From Candidatus Peribacteraceae bacterium (GTDB lineage Bacteria; Patescibacteriota; Gracilibacteria; Peribacterales; Peribacteraceae), in contig JAQTSK010000002.1 in NCBI GenBank assembly GCA_028711345.1, positions 228 to 64,227 on the forward strand: a DNA stretch of 64,000 nucleotides, written 5' to 3'. Under the pieces are notes generated by a model. That model did not search any database. It had not been told where the DNA came from and worked only from the letters and a program-made list of their open reading frames with translations. The translations under genes were made by a program, and so were the position numbers. Position 1 is the stretch's first letter, and each line of letters opens with the position of its first letter. Below, piece by piece: positions 28,566 through 37,045 of the stretch.

Positions 28566-29329
28566 ATGCGTATGGGGAAGGGGAACAGAAGCTTGAGCGC
28601 ATAGTATACCAATACGACAATTGCGGCATATTGGTAGCCGGTGAAACCGAAGAGGAGCCGCGGTTCGGTGCGGATGAATTCGAGGAAGAAGCGGAAGAGG
28701 AAGTAGGCGATCATGAATCCCGTCAGGAGCAATCCGTCGGGTTGTTTCTTCCTCAGGCAGAATATGAGGATCAGGAATGCGATGACGCCGAACAGCGACT
28801 CGTAGAGTTGCGTCGGATGTCGCAAGATCCCGTCGCCGAAGTCGACGCCCCACGGCAACAGAGTCGGTTGTCCATGGCAGCATCCGCGTAGGAAACAGCC
28901 CCATCGTCCGACGGCGATACCGGCGGCCAGTGCCGGCGCGATGGCATTGCCGATCCGCTGCTTGATGTGCAGCCTGCGCTTGATCCACCAGACCGCCAGT
29001 GTGCCGCCGATCAGTCCTCCGACGATCGTCCTGCCGGAGAGCAGTGCGTCGATGTCGAATCCGCCCGTCGCAATCTGCGCATATTGCGTGAGCCAGATCG
29101 GGATCTTCGCTCCCAGTACACCGCCAACGAGAGCAGCAATGAGAATGTAGAAAGAATGTTCATGTGTCTTCTTCTCTTTCTTCAGAAAGAATACGAAGAC
29201 AAGTATTCCGACGAAGAGCGCAAGTGCCATGAAGACCGGATACGATTCCACGCGGAATGAACCGACGGTGAACAGCACGGGGCGGATACCCCATGACGAC
29301 GGCAGCGGCAATGGCGGTAAGCTCGTCAT
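28544..29329 (-). CDS. lgt: prolipoprotein diacylglyceryl transferase
   Basis: ..GRTIVGGLIGG..GRWGCFLRGCCHGQPT..WGV.F..RHPTQLYES... Start at ATG 29329 overlaps the upstream stop as ATGA. Confidence 0.85.
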   Translation of the reverse strand: MTSLPPLPLPSSWGIRPVLFTVGSFRVESYPVFMALALFVGILVFVFFLKKEKKTHEHSFYILIAALVGGVLGAKIPIWLTQYAQIATGGFDIDALLSGRTIVGGLIGGTLAVWWIKRRLHIKQRIGNAIAPALAAGIAVGRWGCFLRGCCHGQPTLLPWGVDFGDGILRHPTQLYESLFGVIAFLILIFCLRKKQPDGLLLTGFMIAYFLFRFFLEFIRTEPRLLFGFTGYQYAAIVVLVYYALKLLFPFPIRIWIKRPS

Positions 29330-29784
29330 TGCTTCTCCCCGAAGAGGCGCCTCGAGAGCGGACAGCAGCCGCCTGTCGCACAGAGGTAGAGTTTGGACGC
29401 CGGGCAGTAGCCGCACGCGGAAATCGTCTTCACGATGGCGAGGAGCAGCAGGAGACGCCAGCCGATGGGCGTTGCGGGGAAAGCAGAGATGAGGAGGAGA
29501 CACGCTGCGCTCCAGAGCGCGCCGAGGGTGTGTGCGAAGCGCATCGCGGAGCGATCAAGCGTCTCGGAAACGGAAGGCAGAAATCGCCCGAGCGTGTTCG
29601 TGTACAGCACGATCATCGGGGCGCGGTCGATGCCGAGAAGAGCGGAGAGGGCCAAGATGCCGAATGTGAGCCAGAGCGCCCACACGGCATCAAATAGGAA
29701 CGCGATCCAGAGAAGGGCCGTGATGCCGACGCGGCAGAACAGGAAGGCTGCACGTTGAACGGCGACGGGATGGCGCGTTTTCAT
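29326..29784 (-). CDS. DUF4395-like membrane protein
   Basis: MKTRHPVAVQRAAFLF.., four TM segments, ..RFAHTLGA.. and C-terminal ..ACGYCPASKLY... Start ATG 29784 overlaps the ICMT stop as ATGA. Confidence 0.6.
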   Translation of the reverse strand: MKTRHPVAVQRAAFLFCRVGITALLWIAFLFDAVWALWLTFGILALSALLGIDRAPMIVLYTNTLGRFLPSVSETLDRSAMRFAHTLGALWSAACLLLISAFPATPIGWRLLLLLAIVKTISACGYCPASKLYLCATGGCCPLSRRLFGEKQ

Positions 29785-30416
29785 GGGTGAGAGCGTAGGA
29801 GTTTCGGGAAGAACATGCCAGTCGCCTTTCTGTATGCGCCGTATTCGGGGAACGTCTCCTCCAGCATTCCTTCTTCCTGCCGCGCTCTCCATGTCATGAA
29901 GGGCACGAAGACGCAGGCGGTGAGGAGGAAGAGCAGCCAATTCACGTACATCACGCTCCCCGCGAAGAACATCCAGATGAGTGAGGCATACAGCGGATGA
30001 CGGACGAACGCATAGGGGCCGGAATGCACGATGCTCTGATCGTCGTACATCCTGATCTGATTCGCCCAATTGTGACCGAGCGACGTTCTCCCCCGGATAT
30101 TCACGAACGTCCCGAGGATCAACACGGCGATGGAAAGACTGACGAGCGTGATGTGCAGGGGTACGGATTGCGGGTGCAATGCACCGATCTGAAACCTCGC
30201 AACGAGATAGTAGATGATGAAGAACAGCGTCATGGTTCCGGTCTCCACGACGCTGCGGCGTTCTTTCCGCACGGCATGCGTATTGGCTTCCGCAAAATTG
30301 CAGATGATCGCAATGAAGATGGCCGCGACACAAAGGACGACAATGATCGACGCGACGGCGTCAAATGCGCCGAGAGGGGTTTCAAACAGCCGCCGGAAGC
30401 GATCAAGTTGCATCAT
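29781..30416 (-). CDS. isoprenylcysteine carboxyl methyltransferase (ICMT/PEMT) family membrane methyltransferase
   Basis: ..IVHSGPYAFVRHPLYAS...F......W........RARQEEGMLEETFPEYGAYR... Start ATG 30416 overlaps the radical SAM TGA as ATGA. Confidence 0.75.
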   Translation of the reverse strand: MMQLDRFRRLFETPLGAFDAVASIIVVLCVAAIFIAIICNFAEANTHAVRKERRSVVETGTMTLFFIIYYLVARFQIGALHPQSVPLHITLVSLSIAVLILGTFVNIRGRTSLGHNWANQIRMYDDQSIVHSGPYAFVRHPLYASLIWMFFAGSVMYVNWLLFLLTACVFVPFMTWRARQEEGMLEETFPEYGAYRKATGMFFPKLLRSHP

Positions 30417-31789
30417 GCCGCGATGGTCCTGTGAATCATATTGTACGCGGAGAAGGGAATTTTGCGGCCGTCCGGCGTGATGATGTGTACGCACTCCTTC
30501 TGCATGGAGCGCAGGTCGAAGTTGTACGCATCGACGAAGGACGTGATGCTGATCCGGAACAGGCTTTCATTGAGGTACTGCGCGCGCTGTCCGACCGTGC
30601 GCATGAGAGCGGCGTCGCCGAGCAGATCGATGAATTTGAAAGGACCCTTCAGGCAACCGCATCCCTGCAGCGCTTTCATGTCCATCGCATCGTCGAGAGA
30701 GAAGGCGAAGGTGTTTTTGATGGCCGGTACAAATTTTCGGATATCGATCTCCCGCGGGAGCGCAGTCCACTTCCCTTTCTTATTCTTCCGCAAATAGGTC
30801 AGAGAAACGCGGTCGACATCACAGGGGAGCGGAACGAAATCCCGCATCGTCAGGAGACCGTCCGTCTGCTCCTCCATGCGACGGATGATGCCGGTGAGCG
30901 TTACGCGATCCTTCGTCGAAGATCCGGTCGGCATCCTCCCGAAGTAGGCCATGGGCTGGAAATTCACGCCGCGAATGCACGGAGTGTCGAGGCCGAGCCG
31001 CACGATGGATCCGATGTCGCCGTCATTCACCCCGCGCGCAATCGTCGCAACCAGCGTCGTCGGCACGCGGTGCCGCACCAGGTGTTCGATGGCTTTCTTC
31101 TTCTCGCAGCTTAAGTCTCTGCCTCTGAGCGTACGGAGCGCGTCCGGACTGAATCCGTCGAATTGGAGATAGACTTCGAATCCGCCGTTGAATGCCGCGA
31201 GCTGCTTCACAAATTCCTCATCCTTCGCAAGACGCAGTCCATTGGTATTGAGCATGACGTACTTGAAACCCTTCTTCTTTCCCAGATCGATGATGTCGAG
31301 AATGTGCGGATGCAGAGTCGGTTCCCCGCCGCTGATCTGGAGGATCTCGGGCGGCTCGAATTCGGAATCGATGTACGCATCCATCATCCGTTCAATGGTT
31401 TCCATGGGAAGGAACTCGCCGTCCCCTGACGCCGCATAGCACATGGGGCAGCGGAGATCGCAGGCATTCGTCACTTCGATGAGTCCGATGCAGGTGTGCT
31501 GGGCGTGTTGCGGACAGAGACCGCAATCGAACGGGCATCCCTTCTCGATTTTCGTCTGTCTCCTGCAATCGGTTCCCAGCTTGTCATAGTCCCGCCGCCT
31601 CATGAAATACTCCGCATCCTCCTCCAGCAATTCCGTTTGCAGGCCGTGGGACGGACACACTTTCTCGAGAACAACGCCGCCTCCCCGCCGGATCATTCGC
31701 GCAGGTACGCACTCCATGCACTGCGGACACAGGCTGGTGGTTGCTTCGAGGAAGAAATCGAGGGGGATGCTACTCGTGCTGGAATGCAT
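30413..31789 (-). CDS. radical SAM protein with N-terminal zinc-ribbon and auxiliary Cys cluster (COG1964-like)
   Basis: CPQC..CPSHG, GCPFDCGLCPQHAQHTC, then the radical SAM CxxxCxxC motif NACDLRCPMCY and the GGEPT motif. Confidence 0.85.
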   Translation of the reverse strand: MHSSTSSIPLDFFLEATTSLCPQCMECVPARMIRRGGGVVLEKVCPSHGLQTELLEEDAEYFMRRRDYDKLGTDCRRQTKIEKGCPFDCGLCPQHAQHTCIGLIEVTNACDLRCPMCYAASGDGEFLPMETIERMMDAYIDSEFEPPEILQISGGEPTLHPHILDIIDLGKKKGFKYVMLNTNGLRLAKDEEFVKQLAAFNGGFEVYLQFDGFSPDALRTLRGRDLSCEKKKAIEHLVRHRVPTTLVATIARGVNDGDIGSIVRLGLDTPCIRGVNFQPMAYFGRMPTGSSTKDRVTLTGIIRRMEEQTDGLLTMRDFVPLPCDVDRVSLTYLRKNKKGKWTALPREIDIRKFVPAIKNTFAFSLDDAMDMKALQGCGCLKGPFKFIDLLGDAALMRTVGQRAQYLNESLFRISITSFVDAYNFDLRSMQKECVHIITPDGRKIPFSAYNMIHRTIAA

Positions 31790-31882
31790 TGGTCGGATGA
31801 TACAGGAAGCATGAGGCTGATCCCGGAAAGCTCATGCCGTAATCGTGTGATTCCAATCCTGTGTGTTCGGATTGCTCGCACC

Positions 31883-32263
31883 TCATAGCACATGCTTCAT
31901 CACCCAGTTTCCCGCACCGATCACGCAGCTCACGACGATCCAACCCATGATGCCGCCGGTGATGGCGAGTGAGACGATGGCGGGATCCATGAGCAGGACG
32001 AACTGATAGACGAGCCAAAGGAAGAGGCCGTTCACCACGATCGTTGTCGCCAGAGTGAAGAGGAGATGGAAGGGGAAGGTGACGACGTTCAGGAGCGGGC
32101 GCAGGAAGAGGTTGCCGAGTGTCAGGAGGCTTCCGATGATCACGTAGGCGGGGGCACCGCCGAAGACTGCAACGTACTGCGGCAAATAGCTATTTACGCC
32201 GAGGATCAGCAGGATGTTGCCGACGGCGCGGAGCGCGATGCGGGATGGAAGGGAGAGGGACAC
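31883..32263 (-). CDS. DUF360 / phage-holin-4_2 family membrane protein
   Basis: 126 aa, four TM segments, typical DUF360 layout. GTG start. Confidence 0.6.
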   Translation of the reverse strand: MSLSLPSRIALRAVGNILLILGVNSYLPQYVAVFGGAPAYVIIGSLLTLGNLFLRPLLNVVTFPFHLLFTLATTIVVNGLFLWLVYQFVLLMDPAIVSLAITGGIMGWIVVSCVIGAGNWVMKHVL

Positions 32264-32702
32264 AAATTGAAAATTGTAAATTGAAAAAGGAAAATTAATG
32301 TTTTGAATTATTTTCTTTCGAAGATTTTATGATGGCCACCAAGAGGCGGATGATCTCATTAATATCACTCAAAAGAGAAGTGCCTTCTACTTGGCTAAAA
32401 TAACAGCTATCACGCAGGAGGAGAATCCAGAACCGTGTTTCATATGCCTCTTTCAGTGCAATAGAAAGCTTTGAAATGAAATCTGCCCTACTTTGCCCTT
32501 GCAGCGATTCCTCGATGTTCGCGCCAACACTTGTTCCTGAGCGCAGCAGTTGCTTGCTCATTACATATTCCCTTTTCGATTCCGTAAGAAATTGATATGC
32601 CTTCACAATTCGCAGTGCAAAGGCAAAACTTTTCTCCCGGACGATATTCTTTTTCTCCATAACAATTTTCAATTTTCCTTTTTCAATTATCAATTGTAAA
32701 GC
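32263..32702. repeat. inverted-repeat-flanked cassette carrying four-helix-bundle gene 1
   Basis: Perfect 18-bp inverted repeat AATTGAAAAAGGAAAATT (32279-32296) / AATTTTCCTTTTTCAATT (32671-32688) within longer low-complexity arms. Confidence 0.75.
32295..32660 (-). CDS. four-helix-bundle protein ('23S rRNA intervening sequence protein' family)
   Basis: ..SFAFALRIVKAYQFL......YVMSKQLLRSGTSVGANIEE......DFI.KL.IALKEA.ET.FWL.LL... Start set at MEKKNIV. Confidence 0.8.
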   Translation of the reverse strand: MEKKNIVREKSFAFALRIVKAYQFLTESKREYVMSKQLLRSGTSVGANIEESLQGQSRADFISKLSIALKEAYETRFWILLLRDSCYFSQVEGTSLLSDINEIIRLLVAIIKSSKENNSKH

Positions 32703-35700
32703 TCACTTCTTCTTGAACCGGATTTTGAGCTTCCTACGGACGACGTCGATCTCATGAATTTCCGCCTCGTCGCACGGACGGATCTCCGAACGGGTTTCGC
32801 TTTCGATGAGATCCTTGTGAGCGGAGACAATCTCATCGCCGCCGTCGACCTGCAACGTGATGGTGTCGGTGAACTCGAGTCCGCTTTCTTTGCGAAGCGT
32901 CTGGATTGCATGGATCAGTTCTCGGGCAGCACCCTCATTCTCCAATGCTTCATTTACAGCAATATCCAGCGTGACAACGATGCCTCGGTTGGCGGCGACG
33001 GTCTGCCCTTCCTTGCTCTGATGAATGATCTTCGCCTCCTCGGGTGACAGTGTCTCGCCGAGGATGATGATGACACCGTCCTTCTCCTCGAATTTGCCTT
33101 CTTTTCCTGCCTTGATCACTTCCTGCACTTTCTTGCCGAGTCGCGGACCGACTTTGCGCGCATCGACCTGTACAATTGAAGATGCGAGTGCGGAGGCATC
33201 CGTCGTTCTGATGACCTGTTTCACGTTCAGTTCCTCTTTGATCAGCTCCGTGACGACACCGACGGCATCGGACGGCGGCAGAGCGAAAGTGACGGATTGC
33301 AGAGGTTGGCGGACGCGGATCTTGGCATCCGATCGGAGTGAGAGGCCGAGAGTTACAACCTGCCGGGTGCTTTCCATCAGTTGCAGCAGCTTCTGATCTT
33401 CTTCATTGATTTGAACGGACACCGGCCAGTCGGTGAAGTGGATGCTGCCGTGATCTTCTTCGACGAGATTGAGGTAGATCGCCTCGGTGACGAACGGGCA
33501 GAACGGCGCGAGCAATTGGCAGTTGGCGATGATGACGCGGTAGAGCGTATCCAGCGCATCGGTTCCGCCTTCTTCCTTGGCGCTGAAACGCCGCCTGCTC
33601 AACCGGACATACCAGTTCGTCAGATCATCGATGGAATCGGCGAGGTGCGCGCAGGTGGCGGAGAGGTCGTAGCCGTCCAGTTCCGTCGTCATATTGTTCA
33701 CCAGTTCCTGCGTCTTGAGGATGATCCAGCGATCCAGCTGATTCGTCGATGTCCCATTCTTGAGCGACGAATCCAACGACGGTTTCCAGTTCGCCGCATT
33801 GGCGTACGTCACGAAGAGCCGGTACGTGTTCCACAGCGGCAGGAGCACTGATCGCACCGTCTCCTCCACCAGCTTCTCAGAGAACCGCAGATCTTCTCCT
33901 CTGACTGCGGGTGATGCCATCAATGCAAACCGGACGGCATCGGCGCCGTGTTTCTTCACCACTTCCGTCGGCTCGGGGTAGTTCTTGAGGCGCTTACTCA
34001 TCTTCTTGCCGTCCTCCGCCAGCACGATCCCGTTGACGACGCAGTGCTTGAACGCGGGGCATTTGAACAGAGCACTGGAGAGCACCATGAGCGTGTAGAA
34101 CCACCCGCGCGTCTGATCCAGCCCCTCCGCGATGAAGTCCGCGGGGAAGCCGACCGGACTGTCCGATTTCACCTCGAACGGGAAATGATCCTGCGCGTAG
34201 GGCATGGAACCGGATTCGAACCAGCAATCAAGCACTTCCTCGATGCGGCGCATCTGCGGACGGAGTGTGATGTTCACGGGAGCGCCATTCCTTGGTTGTA
34301 CCTGCGGCATATCTTCATATGCGATGCCTTCCGCGACCATCCTGAACGCTTGTGAGAAGCCTCCATGTGATATGAGGAGCACGCGTTTCCCCGCATATTC
34401 TTTCAAGAGAAAATCATGTGCACGCTGCGCCCGTTCGATGAATCGGTCGAATGATTCACCGTTCGGCCCGGCGGAACGCGAAAAGCAAATACCTTTGAAG
34501 GCCTTGTCATTCAGCAATGATTCAATGTCCTTCACCGGTTTCATGTCCCACTCCCCGACATTCCGTTCGGTGAAGAGTTCCCCTTCTTTCACGTCCGCAA
34601 CCCCCAGTTCCTTGGCGATGATTGTTGCCGTTTCTTTCGCCCTCTTCAGGGGAGAAGAGATGATCACATCAAACTGCTGACCTTTCAGCTGCTCGGCGGC
34701 TTGCTTCGCCTGTGTCCTGCCCGTCTTGTTCAGTTTCGTGTCCGCTCCGCTGCCCTGTACGATTTTCAGTTTGTTCAAGTCGGTCTCCCCGTGCCTGACC
34801 AGCGTCACTTCCACCTCACTGCCTTTATTGCCCTTACTGCCTTCACTGCCTTTATTCCAAACAATTCCATCCACCGATTCCTTATGCAGATCCATCTGCG
34901 CATTCCTCTCGTGGTCCCAGTAGAAGGTGCGCAGCGACGCGAGAGCGGGGTACGGCTGATGCACGATCTTGTTCGGCTCCTGTCCCGTGAAGAAGTGGAC
35001 AATGTTCATGATGGGGTCCGCGTGTGTCACGATCGAAATGGATTCTCCCCGATGCTTCGGCAGAATTTCCTTGAGGAACGATTCCACGCGTCTGCCGACG
35101 TCCGCCCACGTCTCCATGCCGTGGAAGTGGTAGATGCTTTCCACCTGCCCCTGCTCCAGTTTGTGCGCTCTGCGTTCGCGGACGAAGGTGAGATCGTCGA
35201 AATCCACGTGCTTGCCCTCGTACTCCCCGAAATCCACTTCCTTCAGCCGCTCATCGATGATAATTTTTGCGCCCGTTGCCTTGGCCACGGCTTCGGCCGT
35301 CTCCCGCGTGCGCCTAAGCGGCGAGCAGTAGATGACCTTCACGGGCAGACTGTCGGCCTGCTCTTTCAGCCGGTCAGCGAGCGCTTTCGCTTGCTGTTGC
35401 CCGTTGTCCGTGAGAGGAGTGGACGGTTCCTTGCACTGGTAGATTTTGTCGACGTTGCCCTGACTTTCCGCATGACGCGAGATGAAGATTTTCGTGAAGC
35501 GCGTCGGCGCTTTGGCCATCAGTTCGCTGCGCGAGCCGATCACTTCCACCTCGCCGGTCGTCGTATTGCGCCAGATGGGCAGCGGCGTGCCCCAGAAGCG
35601 GTTTCTGGAAATCGCCCAGTCTCTCGCTCCCTCCAGCCATTTGCCGAACCGTCCGTCGCGGAGGTGGGAGGGTACCCACTGCGTCTGTGCATTGGACTTG

Positions 35701-37016
35701 AGCATTGTTTCCTTGATCTTCTCCACCGCGACGAACCACGAGCTGGTCGCGTAGTTGAGGAGAGGTGTGTCGCACCGCCAGCAGTGAGGGTAACTATGGG
35801 TGACGGTGTAGCTGTCGAAGTGGCGGCCCATCTCCTTGAGTTTGCGGATGATCGCCTTATCGGTGCTCATCGGATCTTTGCCTTCGGGCTTGATCAGCAT
35901 GCCCTTAAAATCAGTGACTTCACTGAAGAAATTGTTATCCGTCGTCACGTGGTGCAGGACGTCGACCTTCAGCTTCTTGGCCAGCTCGAAGCCGTCTTCG
36001 CCGTAGGAGGTCGTCATGTGGACGATGCCCGTTCCTTCGTCCTCCGACACTTCCGGATGCAGCAGAATGTTGAATGCTTTCTCGCCGTACGTGACGGGCT
36101 TTCCTTCTGCGGCCGATGACGGCAGCACCTTGTCGACGAAATAGTTGAAGAGGGGAACGTACTTCTTGCCGACCAGTTCCGATGCTTTGATGTCGCCGGT
36201 GATCTCGTATGTCCGTTTCTTGAAGATCTTCTCGACCAGCTTTTTGGCGACAATGTACGTCGTATCGCCCTCTTTGACTTTGACGTAGTGAATCTCATCT
36301 TTCATCGCCAGCCAGATGTTCCCCGGCAGCGACCACGGCGTCGTCGTCCAAGCGAGGATCACCGTTTTCGGATCGTCTACGAGTGGAAAGGTCATGATTA
36401 CGGATTGGTCCGTCCGGTCCCGGTAGCCCTGCGTTACTTCGAAATTGGAGAGCGGTGTCACGCAGCGGGGGCAGATGTGCATCGACTTGTATCCCTCGTA
36501 GATCAGCTTCTGTTCATGGAGCTGCTTGAATACCCACCAGATACTTTCCATGTAATCCGCATCCATCGTGCGGTAATCCCAGTCCATGTCCACGAAGCGG
36601 CCGAGGCGTTCGACGGTCGATCTCCATTCCCCCGTGTAGCGCTGGACGGCGGTGCGGCAAAGGTTGTTGAAGTTGGCGATACCCAAGGTTTCGATGTCCT
36701 TCTTGGAGGTAAGCCCCTTCTCCTTTTCGATCTCGTTCTCCACCGGCAGTCCGTGGCAGTCCCAGCCGAAGCGGCGCTTCACGAACTTCCCGCGCATGGT
36801 TTGGTACCGCGGGATGACGTCTTTGATGGTGCCGGCGAGGATGTGGCCGTAGTGCGGTAAGCCGGTTGCAAACGGCGGTCCGTCGTAGAAGCTGAAGATC
36901 TCCCCCTTCTCGCGGCGGTGCATGGAGCGCTTGAAGGTGTCTTCCTCGCGCCAGTACTTCAGGATCCCGAGCTCGAGGTCGGGGAGGGATTGCTTGGGGT
37001 CAACGGAGTCGAACAT
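32703..37016 (-). CDS. ileS: isoleucine--tRNA ligase (type 2) with two inserted histidine-phosphatase domains
   Basis: HYGH and KMSKR class-I motifs; editing and anticodon-binding regions present. Extra RHAES.. (34902-35504) and RHGET.. (34257-34814) phosphoglycerate-mutase-like domains. Confidence 0.9.
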   Translation of the reverse strand: MFDSVDPKQSLPDLELGILKYWREEDTFKRSMHRREKGEIFSFYDGPPFATGLPHYGHILAGTIKDVIPRYQTMRGKFVKRRFGWDCHGLPVENEIEKEKGLTSKKDIETLGIANFNNLCRTAVQRYTGEWRSTVERLGRFVDMDWDYRTMDADYMESIWWVFKQLHEQKLIYEGYKSMHICPRCVTPLSNFEVTQGYRDRTDQSVIMTFPLVDDPKTVILAWTTTPWSLPGNIWLAMKDEIHYVKVKEGDTTYIVAKKLVEKIFKKRTYEITGDIKASELVGKKYVPLFNYFVDKVLPSSAAEGKPVTYGEKAFNILLHPEVSEDEGTGIVHMTTSYGEDGFELAKKLKVDVLHHVTTDNNFFSEVTDFKGMLIKPEGKDPMSTDKAIIRKLKEMGRHFDSYTVTHSYPHCWRCDTPLLNYATSSWFVAVEKIKETMLKSNAQTQWVPSHLRDGRFGKWLEGARDWAISRNRFWGTPLPIWRNTTTGEVEVIGSRSELMAKAPTRFTKIFISRHAESQGNVDKIYQCKEPSTPLTDNGQQQAKALADRLKEQADSLPVKVIYCSPLRRTRETAEAVAKATGAKIIIDERLKEVDFGEYEGKHVDFDDLTFVRERRAHKLEQGQVESIYHFHGMETWADVGRRVESFLKEILPKHRGESISIVTHADPIMNIVHFFTGQEPNKIVHQPYPALASLRTFYWDHERNAQMDLHKESVDGIVWNKGSEGSKGNKGSEVEVTLVRHGETDLNKLKIVQGSGADTKLNKTGRTQAKQAAEQLKGQQFDVIISSPLKRAKETATIIAKELGVADVKEGELFTERNVGEWDMKPVKDIESLLNDKAFKGICFSRSAGPNGESFDRFIERAQRAHDFLLKEYAGKRVLLISHGGFSQAFRMVAEGIAYEDMPQVQPRNGAPVNITLRPQMRRIEEVLDCWFESGSMPYAQDHFPFEVKSDSPVGFPADFIAEGLDQTRGWFYTLMVLSSALFKCPAFKHCVVNGIVLAEDGKKMSKRLKNYPEPTEVVKKHGADAVRFALMASPAVRGEDLRFSEKLVEETVRSVLLPLWNTYRLFVTYANAANWKPSLDSSLKNGTSTNQLDRWIILKTQELVNNMTTELDGYDLSATCAHLADSIDDLTNWYVRLSRRRFSAKEEGGTDALDTLYRVIIANCQLLAPFCPFVTEAIYLNLVEEDHGSIHFTDWPVSVQINEEDQKLLQLMESTRQVVTLGLSLRSDAKIRVRQPLQSVTFALPPSDAVGVVTELIKEELNVKQVIRTTDASALASSIVQVDARKVGPRLGKKVQEVIKAGKEGKFEEKDGVIIILGETLSPEEAKIIHQSKEGQTVAANRGIVVTLDIAVNEALENEGAARELIHAIQTLRKESGLEFTDTITLQVDGGDEIVSAHKDLIESETRSEIRPCDEAEIHEIDVVRRKLKIRFKKK

Positions 37017-37045
37017 ACGAAAAGAGCATACAGAATGACGCTTCC

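Noticed and set aside
28566-28988. N-terminal 141 codons of track ORF 28215-28988, and the N-terminal extensions of ORFs 29326-30333, 28544-29503 and 29781-30494.
   Set aside because: They overlap better-supported upstream genes in other frames. Internal ATGs that form ATGA overlaps give proteins of family-typical length.
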